From Macrostomum lignano (lineage: Eukaryota): a stretch of DNA of 64,000 nt. A model generated the notes under the pieces. The model was not told where the DNA came from. It saw nothing but the letters and a program-made list of their open reading frames with translations, and did not search any database. Of the stretch, positions 47,614-59,745 are shown piece by piece. Made by a program: the position numbers and the translations under genes. The stretch is taken from assembly GCA_002269645.1 (NCBI GenBank), contig NIVC01001105.1:1-64000 (forward strand), read 5' to 3'. How positions within the stretch are numbered: position 1 is the stretch's first letter; every line of letters begins with the position of its first letter.

Positions 47614-48564
47614 TCGGCGACTGTGGCAGACCGCGACGGCGCGACCGCCCTGACCTCGGCAGCAATCGGGGGCCTCGAGACGGGCTCACCTGAGTGGCAC
47701 CTGCTGGTCACCTACCTGGAGGACGTGCTGGACTGTTGCGAATCGCTGCCAGGCGATCTGCAGGCCTGCCTATCCCAGTACCGAGAGCTCGACGCTCGCT
47801 GCCACGCCTCGGTGGCCGATTTAGAACGTCTAGCAGCTTCGTCGAATTCGTCAGAGTCGTCAGCTGCTGTCGGCGTCTCAGTGCAGCGCGCCGTAGCGCG
47901 GCTACAGGAGCTCGGCGAGGAGAAAATGCGCCTAGCCGGCCTCGTCCAGGAGCTGCTCGACGGCCGCCGCACTCGGCTGGATGATGGCAAGAGAAACCTG
48001 CTGGCTAGGATTGAAGCTGCGGCCGCCGCGGCGAGGGCTGCCAGTCCGGCCTCGTCGACACAGCAGCAGCAGCGGCGCCAGCATCATCAGAAGCGAGCCT
48101 CGGCCGGTGAGAGACGACGCTCGGCCGCCGCCGCCGCTGCCGCAGCATCCGACAAAGATGAAGCGGCATCTTCAAATGCCAGTAGCAGTAGTCGGGATCT
48201 GCTGACTTCAGTCGGTGGCGGCGCGGCGGCAGCAACGGCAACTGCGGCGACATCGTCGAAGCGTCGGCGAGTCCGTCAGCAGCAGCAGCAGACGCCAGCC
48301 AGCGCACCGAAGAAGCGCCAGCAGCAGCAGTCGCAGCAGAAGGCGTCAAAGAGCCAGCAACAGCAGCAGCAAGGCGGATCAACTAATGAGGAGTCCCGAC
48401 GCTACTGCATCTGCAACAAAGTCTCATTCGGCGAGATGATCGCCTGCGACAATGCCCGCTGCGCCATCGAGTGGTTCCATTTCCGCTGCGTGAAGCTCAC
48501 CTCTGAGCCCAAAGGCAAATGGTACTGCCCGGACTGTCGCAAGGACAAGCAGAAGAAAGCTTAA
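47614..48564 (+). CDS. ING1: Inhibitor of growth protein (ING1/2-like, PHD finger); start codon not in this exon
   Basis: [17 protein letters not shown]...RELD (ING N-terminal helices) and [30 protein letters not shown]...[10 protein letters not shown] (H3K4me3-reading PHD); phase-0 acceptor CACTCCGCAG at 47604-47613. Confidence 0.9.
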   Translation, partial: SATVADRDGATALTSAAIGGLETGSPEWHLLVTYLEDVLDCCESLPGDLQACLSQYRELDARCHASVADLERLAASSNSSESSAAVGVSVQRAVARLQELGEEKMRLAGLVQELLDGRRTRLDDGKRNLLARIEAAAAAARAASPASSTQQQQRRQHHQKRASAGERRRSAAAAAAAASDKDEAASSNASSSSRDLLTSVGGGAAAATATAATSSKRRRVRQQQQQTPASAPKKRQQQQSQQKASKSQQQQQQGGSTNEESRRYCICNKVSFGEMIACDNARCAIEWFHFRCVKLTSEPKGKWYCPDCRKDKQKKA

Positions 48565-48996
48565 ATTGAACTCTGATTAGCTTTTTTTTCTAATTGTAAT
48601 TATTTATAAATATATACCGAGTACCGGTCTGCGCCGGTGTTGGGAGGTCGTGTAAAAAAGTAATAACTGAATTACGCAATCCGAACCATTTAAACAAAAA
48701 AATCGTGCGCCGTGTACTCTTTGTCTCTCTCTCTCCAAACTGGATCGCAATAAATGCTCTCGGGTGTCGAGCAATCTCTCAGGGGGGGGGGGGGGAACAC
48801 TGGTTGCATAAATTAACAAAACAACTCATTTTTCCTGTGCTTGCCTAACAGTCAGTGGTCATAAAAAATCTCGCAAGCAAGTCATGCGCGCAAATCACTG
48901 AGCAATCCAACTAATTACCGCCGGCTATTTAAGCTTGCCGGAACGCAAAAGCAAACAGTGGAGAGTGGCGCTTTTAGCTGAAGGCTAAGCAGAAAA

Positions 48997-51176
48997 ATGG
49001 CCATGCCAGTTTTTGATCGCCTTCGAATTGGCAGCCGGCTTTGCCGGGTAGCCTTGGCCGAACTGGCCGCCACCTTCTTGCTGGTGTCCCTGTGCCTGTC
49101 CGCCTCAGCCAACTGCCTGGTCTCGCGGCACTCCAGCAGCAGTTCAGGCGGCGGGGCAGAGGACGCCTCCGTCTTGATGGCCACCATCGGGTCCGGCCTG
49201 GCGCTGGCGTTGGCTGTGTACGCCAGCTTCGGCGTGTCTGGCGGCCACGTCAATCCGGCCGTGTCGCTGGCTTTGCTGGCCGTGGGCCGGATGACCCTGC
49301 TCGACTTCCTGGTCTATCAGGTGGGTTCTACCAGCGGAATGCGTCAGTCTGTAGAATTCCTTGAAACTTCTGGTTTAGAGCTAGCACTGAAAATGTGCTG
49401 ACTGTCTTTAGTACCGTTAGATTACCGGTTTTACTGGGTGTCTCACCTGTTCTACTGAGTGTCTTACCTGTTCTACTGAGTGTCTCACCTGTTCTACTGA
49501 GTGTCTCACCAGTTCCGCTGAGTGCCTTACCTGTTCTACTGAGTGTCTTACCTGTTCTACTGAGTGTCTCACCTGTTCTAATGAGTGTCTTACCTGTTCT
49601 ACTGAGTGTCTCACCTGTTCTACTGAGTGTCTTACCTGTTCTACTGAGTGTCTCACCTGTTCTACTGAGTGTCTTCCTGAGTGTCTCACCTGTTCTACTG
49701 AGTGTCTCACCTGTTCTACTGAGTGTCTCACCTATTCTACTGAGTGTCTTACCTGTTCTACTGAGTGTCTCACCTGTTCTAATGAGTGTCTTACCTGTTC
49801 TACTGAGTGTCTCACCTGTTCTACTGAGTGTCTTACCTGTTCTACTGAGTGTCTCACCTGTTCTACTGAGTGTCTCACCTGTTCTACTGAGTGTCTTCCT
49901 GAGTGTCTCACCTGTTCTACTGAGTGTCTCACCAGTTCCGCTGAGTGTCTCACCTGTTCTACTGAGTGTCTCACCGGTTCCGCTGAGTGTCTCACCTGTT
50001 CTACTGAATGTCTCACCGGTTCTACTCAACGTCTCACCTGTTCTACTCAATGTCTCACCTGTTATACTGAGTGTCTCACCTGTTCTACTTAATGTCTCAC
50101 CTGTTCTACTCAATGTCCAACCTGTTCTACTGAGTGTCTCACCTGTTCTACCGGGTGTCTTACCTGTTCTACCGGGTGTCTCACCTGTTCTACCGGGTGT
50201 CACCTGTTCCGCTGAGTCTCAACAGTTCTACTGAGTGTCTCACCTGTTCTACTCAATGTCTCACCTGTTCTACTCAATGTCTCACCTGTTCGACTGAGTG
50301 TTTCACCTGTTCTACTAAGTGTCTCAACAGTTCAACTGAGTGTCTCACCTGTTCTACGGGGTGTCTCACCAGTTCTCTTGAGTGTCTCACCAGTTCTCTT
50401 GAGTGTCTCACCGGTTCTACTGAATGTCTCAACAGTTCAACTGAGTGTCTCACCTGTTTTACTGAATTTCTCACCTGTTCTACCGGATGTCTTTCCTGTT
50501 CTACTGTCGCCGGTTGTACTGCACTTTAATATTTCGTCGATAGGCCGCCCAATACCTTGGCGCGTTCGCTGGCGCTGGCGCAGTGTACACATTCTACGCC
50601 CCGATGCTGGACGCCATTGACGGCGGCCGCCGTGTCGCTTTCGGCGCCAACGGCACCGCCGGAGTGTTTGTCACTCTGCCGCACCCGAGTGCCAGTCTGT
50701 CCATTGTTCTGGCCAATCAGCTGTTCACCTCCGCCGCCTTCATGCTGGCCGTTCGCGCCGTGACCGACGGCGCCAACGCAAATCCGGCCACCGGTCTGCA
50801 GCCGCTGCTGGTCGGCCTGTCGGCCACCTGCCTGCTGCAGTGCACCCTGCCCGTGTCCGGCTGCACCCTCAACCCGGCCAGGGACTTTGCGCCTCGCCTG
50901 TTCGCCAGCCTGGCCGCTGGCTACGGCCTGCCGCTCCTGCCGGCCGTCGGGCCGCGCGCCTTCTGGGCGCCGCTAGTCGGGCCCTATCTGGGCTGCGCGC
51001 TGGGCTCGCTGGTTTACGAGCTGTGCTTCCACCGGCAGTTGAAAGTATTCGGCAAGTCGGCCGGAGTCAACGAAGTCGCCGATGACGAAGCTGCAGACGG
51101 TAGAGGCGATGGCGAGCTCAAGAAGCTGATGATGGTTGACAGGGCCACCTCAAAAATGCAGATTTCGGATGAGTGA
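48997..51176 (+). CDS. Aquaglyceroporin (AQP3/7/9/10 class), 318 aa, 2 exons
   Basis: Exons 48997-49320 and 50544-51176, phase 0; SGGHVNPAVS and GCTLNPARDFAPR (NPARD glyceroporin signature). Confidence 0.93.
49430..50500. repeat. 21-bp minisatellite (CTCACCTGTTCTACTGAGTGT) filling the aquaglyceroporin intron
   Basis: Direct inspection. Confidence 0.96.
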
Positions 51177-51384
51177 TAAACTACTCTGATGAAGAACAAA
51201 TTTACTCGCTAATTAAACTGAAAACTTTATTACAATAATATCAGTATAGTGTGGAATTCTTTTAGTGCTTTACGGTTATGGTGATCGGTTTTTTACCATC
51301 AAAATTTGTGTTACTATTAGGAGCTATGTAACATCCTTTGTTGAAATGGCCATGGGCTTGTTGTGTCTTTTTAATGACTTCAGT

Positions 51385-51925
51385 GGGAGCAGTGTGAAGG
51401 GAGCGGGGGCTTCGTGAAGGCAGTGGTGAGTGAGCAGGAGCAGTGTGAAGGGAGCGGGGGCGGTGTGAAAGGGGTGTGAAGAGAGCGGGAGCAGTGTGAA
51501 GAGAGCGGGGGCAGTGTGAAGGGAGCGGGGGCAGTGTGAAGGGAGCGGGGGCAGTGTGAAGGGAGCGGGAGCAGTGTGAAGAGAACGGGGGCAGTGTGAA
51601 GTGAGCAGAAGCAGTGTGAAGGGAGCGGGGGCGGTGTGAAAGGGGTGTGAAGTGAGCGGGAGCAGTGTGAAAGGAGCGGGAGCAGTGTGAAGAGAGCGGG
51701 GGCGGCGTGAAGGCAGTGTGAAGAGAGCGGGAGCAGTGTGAAGAGAGCGGAGGCAGTGTGAAGTGAGCGGGAGCAGTGTGAAGGGATCGGGGGCGGCGTG
51801 AAGGCAGTGGTGAGTGAGCGGGAGCAGTGTGAAGGGATCGGGGGCGGCGTGAAGGCAGTGGTGAGTGAGCGGGAGCAGTGTGAAGGGATCGGGGGCGGCG
51901 TGAAGGCAGTGGTGAGTGAGCGGGA
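51385..51925. repeat. ~20-bp degenerate G/A-rich minisatellite (GAGCGGGAGCAGTGTGAAGG)
   Basis: Direct inspection. Confidence 0.9.
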
Positions 51926-52372
51926 GCTTTCAACTTCTATTTTATAAAAAGGCAAAGCACAGCCGCTGTGAAAAGCAGAAGTCATGCCAGGAACGAAAGC
52001 TGAACAGATCGTCGCCGCTCATGCATGACATCTTAGCTTAGCCTGCCTTAGCGTCCGCAGTTTCCGTTCGTGCCGCATCTCTTTCAGGATGTCTCTCTAA
52101 GTCTAATGTGCCTGCCTGAATGAAAAACAGGCTTCTCATGCCAGGGTTACCTGTAATTACAGCCGGGGCACCGTCTGCATTAGCGAGTTTCCCTTTCATC
52201 AAACCAGGAAGCCATCAAAGCTCCATCAGCAGTCAGTGCTGTCATGCTTGATGCCTTCCGGCCCAGCTCAGTCCGCTGTTCTATATAAACAAATTTTCAA
52301 ATAATAGACTTTGTCTACTTTCTTTTCCGTTGCAATATCAAATATCTACGAGCATAGCTAGCATTTTCCGTA

Positions 52373-54278
52373 ATGGAGAAAATCAGTCTGACAGAGCAGG
52401 AGCAGCGAGTCATCAAGGCCGACTGGTTGGCAGCTACCAGGGACAAAACCGCTCTGGGTGTGGCCGTGTTTCTCAAGTGAGTAGCGAGTGAGATTGTACT
52501 CGCTAGCTGCTGGATGCTACATGAATTCTTCAGGAATTGTCTCAGTTTTGGTGTGTCAGTAGGTCTCAATCATCGTGTGACTATCAGGGCTGCCACTTTT
52601 CGAGCTAAGTTAAGGCACAAATTCAAGTGCCAGGGGCACCAACTCAAGTGTGTCAGGGGAAACAAGTCAAGTGTGTCAGGGGAAACAAGTCAAGTGTGTC
52701 AGGGGAAACAAGTCAAGTGTGTCAGGAGCGACAAGTCAAGTGTGTCAGGGGAAACAAGTCAAGTGTGTCAGGGGAAACAAGTCAAGTGTGTCAGGGGAAA
52801 CAAGTCAAGTGTGTCAGTGGAAACAAGTCAAGTGTGTCAGTGGAAACAAGTCAAGTGTGTCAGGGGAAACAAGTCAAGTGTGTCAGGGGAAACAAGTCAA
52901 GTGTGTCAGTGGAAACAAGTCAAGTGTGTCAGGGGAAACAAGTCAAGTGTGTCAGGGGAAACAAGTCAAGTGTGTCAGGGGAAACAAGTCAAGTGTGTCA
53001 GGGGAAACAAGTCAAGTGTGTCAGGGGAAACAAGTCAAGTGTGTCAGGGGAAACAAGTCAAGTGTGTCAGTGGAAACAAGTCAAGTGTGTCAGGGGAAAC
53101 AAGTCAAGTGTGTCAGTGGAAACAAGTCAAGTGTGTCAGGGGAAACAAGTCAAGTGTGTCAGGGGAAACAAGTCAAGTGCGTCAGTGGAAACAAGTCAAG
53201 TGTGTCAGTGGAAACAAGTCAAGTGTGTCAGTGGAAACAACTCAAGTGTGTCAGTGGAAACAACTCAAGTGTGTCAGGGGCGACAATTTAAGTGTCATCA
53301 AGCGCATCTGCTTTATCAGCGGCCGCCCGCATCCCTCAGGCTGTTCCAGCTGTACCCGGAGGTGCAGGTGAAGTTTTCGAACTTCCGCGACCGGCCCCTG
53401 TCTGAGCTGGCCGGGCTGCCCGCCCTGCGCGCCCACGGCCTCCGCGTGGTGAACTCGATGGACTCGGTGATCGCTTCGTTGGGCAGCTCCCATCCGGAGG
53501 CCTCAGCGGAGACCTTGCGGCTCATCGGCGAGTCGCACCTCAATCGAGGAGTTAACGTTGATCACTTCCTGGTGCGGCGGGGACTTCTGTGTGCACAATG
53601 TACCTGCAGTTTCCTAGAATTTTATTTGATTGAACAACAGTTTTGCATTGTTTCTAAGAATTCTGCAAGGTTTCCAGGAATCTATTGACGCAGCAAAACG
53701 CGCAGATTGAATTTCGTATTAGGTTTCCTGGAATTTCATATCTTTTTCTTAGAATTATAAGATTTGATTAAGTTTCTTGGAATCTGACACGGTTCCCGAG
53801 TTTTTAATTGCGTTTCTTGGAATTTCACATGGTTTTTTGGAAGCTAGTTTTTGCTAAAATTCTACTGTTTTTTCCTAGAATTAATTGTTTTTATTTACCT
53901 GGGTTTCTTAGAATTTCACGGAGTTTCCTGGAAGGCTTTTTAGTTTCCAGTGAATTTTATAGCTTTCTTAGAATTAGAATACTATTTGTCTTCAGGATAT
54001 TAGAATTGGCTTCGGGTATCTTTTATTGGTTTCTAGGAATTCTAGTTTTCTTAAATGTCTGATATAAAATAAGTTAACAATATATACATATTTAAGTATC
54101 AGGAAACACCCCCAACGTCAATTCATTGATTCAGGCTCTCAACAACGTCCTTGACGCGGTGTTCCAGGACAGACTGGGCAGTCAGTACGCCGCTAACCGC
54201 CCCATCTGGCTAAAATTTCTGCAATCGATTGTGCCGCTGATCGTTGAGGGTCTCAATAGGGCCCAGTTTCTGGCCTAG
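52373..54278 (+). CDS. Globin, 159 aa, 3 exons with canonical B12.2 and G7.0 introns
   Basis: Exons 52373-52476, 53340-53571, 54135-54278 splice in frame: A-helix W, GVAVFLKLF, YPEVQVKF (C2 Pro, CD1 Phe), LRAHGLRV (E7 His), GESHLNRGV (F8 His). Confidence 0.92.
52632..53280. repeat. 23-bp minisatellite (GAAACAAGTCAAGTGTGTCAGGG) in globin intron 1
   Basis: Direct inspection; 23-aa period in the ORF track = 3 x 23 bp. Confidence 0.97.
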
Positions 54279-54409
54279 CGATTCTGTCGATTTTATTTAC
54301 TGCTGTTGCTAAAAATAGAAACTTTGACGCCCCACCTCACTCCCGTGAAATCTGATTGGCTGCAGTAAATATGCTTTTTTTAACGCTCAGATATTGTGTG
54401 CGGAGGACA

Positions 54410-54640
54410 TGAGGGTAGCCCCGTCAGAGGTTAACGCATCTTAATATCAAGTTATAGGACCCGAGTTCGAATCCGAATGCGGTCATAGTAATTTGAAGCT
54501 TGATTTGCCATGGAAATTTACCTTGCTCTGCAATTCACGCCCCGATGGCCGACCCCCCCCCCTAAGGCACAGAGAGTGTACATGCAAGGATCAGCGGGTC
54601 TGCTTAACTGCTTGCTGAATAACTGACTATACATAGAAAA
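54410..54640 (+). mobile_element. tRNA-headed SINE-like element
   Basis: GTAGCCCCGTCAGAGGTTAACGCA (A-box-like) and GAGTTCGAATCC (B-box, 54463-54474); body motif AAGGCACAGAGAGTGTACATGC resembles the 12.2-kb SINE body. Confidence 0.55.
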
Positions 54641-55324
54641 TCATCATTTTTGCTATTGATACTACTGAAAACAGTAATACTATAGATTTTTTCTTAATTT
54701 CTAATTAATAAATCGAAACACGAGCTGCACATTTTTGCTGTATTAAAAATTTATTGCAAAGCTACTACTAACTTTACGACCTGATTACGAGCTATGATTA
54801 TGTGTTGTGTTAGTGTACTTTCCTTGACCTTGATTGCGTGCTGTGGCACATTTTCTCCAGCTAATGATTGCTCATCCCTAATTAGTCACTGCGCAGCTCC
54901 GATCGAGTCAAGAAATAAAAAAGCACAAGTTAACGAACAAGATTTTGAGCACATGTGAGTGCAATGCTTTTTCACGAGCTTGCTTTGTATATAATTATTG
55001 TATGTGCAAACACAGTCTGTGTGTGTGTGCAAGCCACTTTCTCAATGAAAAAATAACAGGCAGACAAAGTTGGTAAAAGTTGGTCAACTTTGCTTTTAGC
55101 AAGCAAATGCCGAGGCTAAATATTCTGGCATAGAATTGATTAAAAACTCTGCTGAAAAAATCTTATGATAACAAAATTCACAAAGTGGAGGGATAGAAAG
55201 TCATGTGTGAGGGTTATTGTGACAGGGGAATGAATTTAGTTTAAACCTTGTAGGCAACTAACGGAAGGTGAAGGCTTATAACAATATTTGCCATTTTAAA
55301 ACATTGTCAGACGGTCAAGGCGAG

Positions 55325-56090
55325 GGAGAGAGGAACAGGGACTCAGCACGGTCAGATAAGAGAGGAACAGGGACTCAGCACGGTCAGGTGAGAAAGAGAT
55401 GAACAGGGACTCAGCACGGTCAGGTGAGAAAGAGATGAACAGGGACTCAGCACAGTCAGGTGAGAGAGAGATGAACAGGGACTCAGCACAGTCAGGTGAG
55501 AGAGAGATGAACAGGGACTCAGCACAGTCAGGTGAGAGAGAGATGAACAGGGACTCAGCACAGTCAGGTGAGAGAGAGATGAACAGGGACTCAGCACAGT
55601 CAGGTGAGAGAGAGGGGAACAGGGACTCAGCACGGTCAGGTGAGAGAGAGAGGAACAGGGACTCAGCACGGTCAGATAAGAGAGGAACGGGGACTCAGCA
55701 CAGTCAGGTGAGAGAGAGAGGAACAGGACTCAGCACAGTCAGGTGAGAGAGAGAGAGGAACAGGACTCAGCACGGTCAGGTGAGAGAGAGAGAGGAACAG
55801 GGACTCAGCACGGTCAGGTGAGAGAGAAGAACAGGGACTCAGCACGGTCAGGTGAGAGAGAAGAACAGGGACTCAGCACGGTCAGGTGAGAGAGAAGAAC
55901 AGGGACTCAGCACGGTCAGGTGAGAGAGAGAGGAACAGGACTCAGCACGGTCAGGTGAGAGAGAGAGGGGAACAGGGACTCAGCACGGTCAGGTGAGAGA
56001 GAAGAACAGGGACTCAGCACGGTCAGGTGAGAGAGAGAGGGGAACAGGGACTCAGCACGGTCAGGTGAGAGAGAGGAGGAGCAGGGGATC
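55325..56090. repeat. ~30-36-bp minisatellite (GAACAGGGACTCAGCACGGTCAGGTGAGAGAGA) just 3' of HS3ST
   Basis: Direct inspection; variable GA-run length between units. Confidence 0.93.
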
Positions 56091-56147
56091 GGGGTCAGGA
56101 CTCGCTTGATCATCGGAGGTGAATCCGGTTAAATTCGCTGCCATTCA

Positions 56148-57107
56148 TCACAGGACAGGATTTGAACCCGCGCCCAGCTGCTCCGCCCGCCCCATCCAGG
56201 CAAAGCGCCGGCCCGTCAGCTCCGCCAGTCGGAGGTTGTGCGGTTCAAAGTAGGCGCGCAGCTTGGCCAGAGTCACCGGCGACACCGGCGGATGCTGGCG
56301 GCCCTTCTCGCTGCCCAGACAGCGCTGCCGCTGCCGCCGGCCCCGAACGCAGTAGAATCCCTTGGTAGAGTTGAACACGAACTGCTCCGGCCGATTGAGG
56401 AAGCTGGGCAGGCTGAGGAACTGCTCAACCAGGCGGAGCTCTTCGTGCGGCTCGCCGATCAACCGGTCGCCGTCGACAATGTGCAGCCGGTCGGCGGGAA
56501 AGTGGCGCAGCCAGCGGCGCAGATGCCGATGATAGACGGAAGTTTGAATCATCCGGGAGCGCGGGTTCACCCGGCCGGAGCCGGACAGTACAAGCCGTTC
56601 CAATGGACGGGCCGGCCGTCCCGCTTTGGCCCGACGGTGCAGGTGCTGGGCGTAGTCGCTGACAACCCGGGTCACGGGGTCGCGCAAAATCAGCAGCAGG
56701 CGCAGATTGGCGCCAAGCTGACGGCGCGCCAGCCGCGGCGCCGCCTCGGTAACAAAATAGGCGGGCGTCTTCTCGATCGTGAACTGGCCGGGCCGGCTGC
56801 GGGGCATCTGGCCGCGGTACCAGCTGAGGCCCCGCCGCAGCCTGTCCGTCTTGTCGAAGTAGTGAATCTCGCTTCTGGCCGCGGCCACGTTCGGATGAGC
56901 GTCTAGAAAGTCCAGGAGGGCGCGGGTGCCGCACTTCCTGGCGCCGATAATGATGCAGTGTGGCAGCTGCTGCTGCGGCGGCGGTGGGGGCGACGGCGGC
57001 GGCGTCCGGTGACCGCGGAGGAGGACAGCGACGGTCAGGAGTGCCGCGGTGGCCAGCAGGGCTGCCAGGCCGATCCGCAGCAGCAGCCGCCCGCCATGGC
57101 CGGACAT
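56148..57107 (-). CDS. Heparan sulfate glucosamine 3-O-sulfotransferase (HS3ST1/5-like), 319 aa, single coding exon
   Basis: N-terminal TM anchor and Pro-rich stem; LPHCIIIGARKCGTRAL (5'-PSB), EIHYFD, EKTPAYF, RDPVTRVVSDY (3'-PB), FNSTKGFYC, CLGSEKGRQHP. Confidence 0.95.
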   Translation of the reverse strand: MSGHGGRLLLRIGLAALLATAALLTVAVLLRGHRTPPPSPPPPPQQQLPHCIIIGARKCGTRALLDFLDAHPNVAAARSEIHYFDKTDRLRRGLSWYRGQMPRSRPGQFTIEKTPAYFVTEAAPRLARRQLGANLRLLLILRDPVTRVVSDYAQHLHRRAKAGRPARPLERLVLSGSGRVNPRSRMIQTSVYHRHLRRWLRHFPADRLHIVDGDRLIGEPHEELRLVEQFLSLPSFLNRPEQFVFNSTKGFYCVRGRRQRQRCLGSEKGRQHPPVSPVTLAKLRAYFEPHNLRLAELTGRRFAWMGRAEQLGAGSNPVL

Positions 57108-57394
57108 CCTCGTGTCGCACTGCTCGCTGATCGTCTGCTCGCAGCTGCTGTCCGCCTTTTTTCTGCTCCTGCAATTGTTGAGAACGCTGGCGAGCTTGCT
57201 GCACCGAGTTGCATAAACTCCTCCTCTCTTTGTCTGGCTCTCTCCATTCCTCTCATTCCATTGAGCTCACTCGCTTTCTTATTATGCGTGTCTGCGCGAC
57301 CTCGCGCACTTCAGGCCGAGTGGGTTAGAGGGGTACCCGGTGCAAGGACCTCTAGATATAAATCTTTAGACTGGAGGCCTAAACTTCATCAATC

Positions 57395-58870
57395 CTTAAC
57401 TTCACCAATCCTAAACTTCACTAATACTAAACTTCACTAATCCTAAACTTCACTAATCCTAAACTTCACTAATCCTAAACTTCACTAATCCTAAGCTTCA
57501 CTAATCCTAAACTTCACTAATCCTAAACTTCACTAATCCTAAACTTCACTAATCCTTAACTTCACTAATCTTAAACTTCATCAATCCTTAACTTCACTAA
57601 TCATAAACTTCACCAATCCTAAACTTCACTAATCTTAAACTTCACCAATCCTTAACTTCACTAATCATAAACTTCACCAATCCTAAACTTCACTAATCCT
57701 AAACTTCACCAATCCTAAACTTCACTAATCTTAAACTTCATCAATCCTTAACTTCACTAATCCTTAACTTCACTAATCTTAAACTTCACCAATCCTAAAC
57801 TTTACTAATCCTAAACTTCACTAATCCTAAACTTCACTAATCCTAAACTTCACTAATCCTTAACTTCACTAATCTTAAACTTCACTAATCTTAAACTTCA
57901 TCAATCCTTAACTTCACTAATCCTTAACTTTACTAATCCTAAACTTTACTAATCCTTAACTTCACCAATCCTAAACTTCACTAATCCTTAACTTTACTAA
58001 TCCTAAACTTTACTAATCCTTAACTTCACTAATCCTAAACTTCACCAATCCTAAACTTCACTAATCCTAAACTTCAGTAATCCTTTACTTCACTAATCTT
58101 AAACTTCATCAATCCTTAACTTCACTAATCCTTAACTTCACTAATCTTAAACTTCACCAATCCTAAACTTTACTAATCCTAAACTTCACTAATCCTAAAC
58201 TTCACTGATCCTAAACTTCACTAATCCTAAACTTCACCAATCCTTAACTTCACTAATCTTAAACTTCACCAATACTAAACTTCACTAATCCTAAACTTCA
58301 CTAATCCTTAACTTCACCAATCCTAAACTTCACTAATCCTTAACTTTACTAATCCTAAACTTTACTAATCCTTAACTTCACTAATCCTAAACTTCACCAA
58401 TCCTAAACTTCACTAATCCTAAACTTCAGTAATCCTTTACTTCACTAATCTTAAACTTCATCAATCCTTAACTTCACTAATCCTTAACTTCACTAATCTT
58501 AAACTTCACCAATCCTAAACTTTACTAATCCTAAACTTCACTAATCCTAAACTTCACTGATCCTAAACTTCACTAATCCTAAACTTCACCAATCCTTAAC
58601 TTCACTAATCTTAAACTTCACCAATACTAAACTTCACTAATCCTAAACTTCACTAATACTTTACTTCACTAATCTTAAACTTCATCAATCCTTAACTTCA
58701 CTAATCCTTAACTTCACTAATCTTAAACTTCACCAATCCTAAACTTTACTAATCCTAAACTTCACTAATCCTAAACTTCACTAATCCTAAACTTCATCAA
58801 TCCTTAACTTCACTAATCCTAGACTTCACTAATCCTTAACTTCACTAATACCAAAATTCACTAATCCGAA
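57395..58870. repeat. 16-bp minisatellite (CTAATCCTAAACTTCA), ~1.5 kb
   Basis: Direct inspection; higher-order repetition of variant blocks visible. Confidence 0.97.
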
Positions 58871-59394
58871 ACTTTATTAATCCGCCCTTAGTGATTATAA
58901 AATCGACCAGTCAAGTTTCTAGTCCAAGTGTCAAACGCTCCCTGGATGGTGTTGAGGCCAAGTGGACTGAGAAGAGCTTTTCCAATTTTCTATCGTAGGG
59001 GGTGGGGTGGGTGGGGTGGGTGGCAGCAGGCAGCCCAGAAAAAATTCTCACGCAGGCAATTATGGGGGGGAGTCTTTGGCAGCCAGCAGTAGCAATATCT
59101 ATTGCGCTAGTTATGCAAATTTCGGATACAGCTGCTAATAAAGCTTTTAATAAACTTTCATTTTGAAGATGAGTGAACGGGGAGTCAAAGGGTCAGCTAC
59201 CCCCCCCCCCCAATTCAAGAACAATATTGGCATTAAAATATTATGGTCAGCGGGACTCTCACTGCTCCTGCCGTTCGGTTGACTCATTTCATTAATTACA
59301 ACCCAGGTGGACCGCTTTCTTCATCAGCTTCTAACGCTTGGTAGGTTGTAAAGTGGCTAACAGAAAAGGTGTACTCCTTATTAGTGAGTACTCA

Positions 59395-59745
59395 TGACCC
59401 CTGAGTCCTGACTCACTGAGTCCTGACCCACTGAGCCCTGACCCACTGAGTCCTGACCCCACTGAGTCCTGACCCCGGAGTCCTGACCCCCTGAGTCCTG
59501 ACCCCCTGAGTCCTGACCCACTGAGTCCTGACCCCACTGAGTCCTGACCCCCTGAGTCCTGACCCACTGAGTCCTGAGTCCTGACCCCCTGAGTCCTGAC
59601 CCACTGAGTCCTGAGTCCTGACCCCCTGAGTCCTGACCCCCTGAGCCCTTACCGCCAGAGCCCTGATCGTCCTGACCCCCTGAGCCCTGACCTCCTGAGC
59701 CCTGACCCCCTGAGCCCTAACCCCTGAGTCGTGACTCCGGAGTCC
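59395..59745. repeat. ~15-16-bp repeat (CTGAGTCCTGACCCC)
   Basis: Direct inspection. Confidence 0.9.

Noticed and set aside
51345-51420. MGLLC... as an acylated N-terminal exon for the globin
   Set aside because: No convincing donor; the frame closes within the adjacent repeat; the globin already has an in-frame ATG at 52373.
40683-53688. Long ORFs in repeat arrays (e.g. SIITQNY, DKGWDIE, VVSGDSC, LSRTGET, QVCQGKQ)
   Set aside because: They are translations of stop-free minisatellites lying in introns or flanks of genes whose exons splice in frame without them; several overlapping frames are open at once.
54410-54490. Functional tRNA gene
   Set aside because: A/B boxes are present but I could not build a full cloverleaf and the sequence continues into a SINE-like body; the same applies to 12290-12367.
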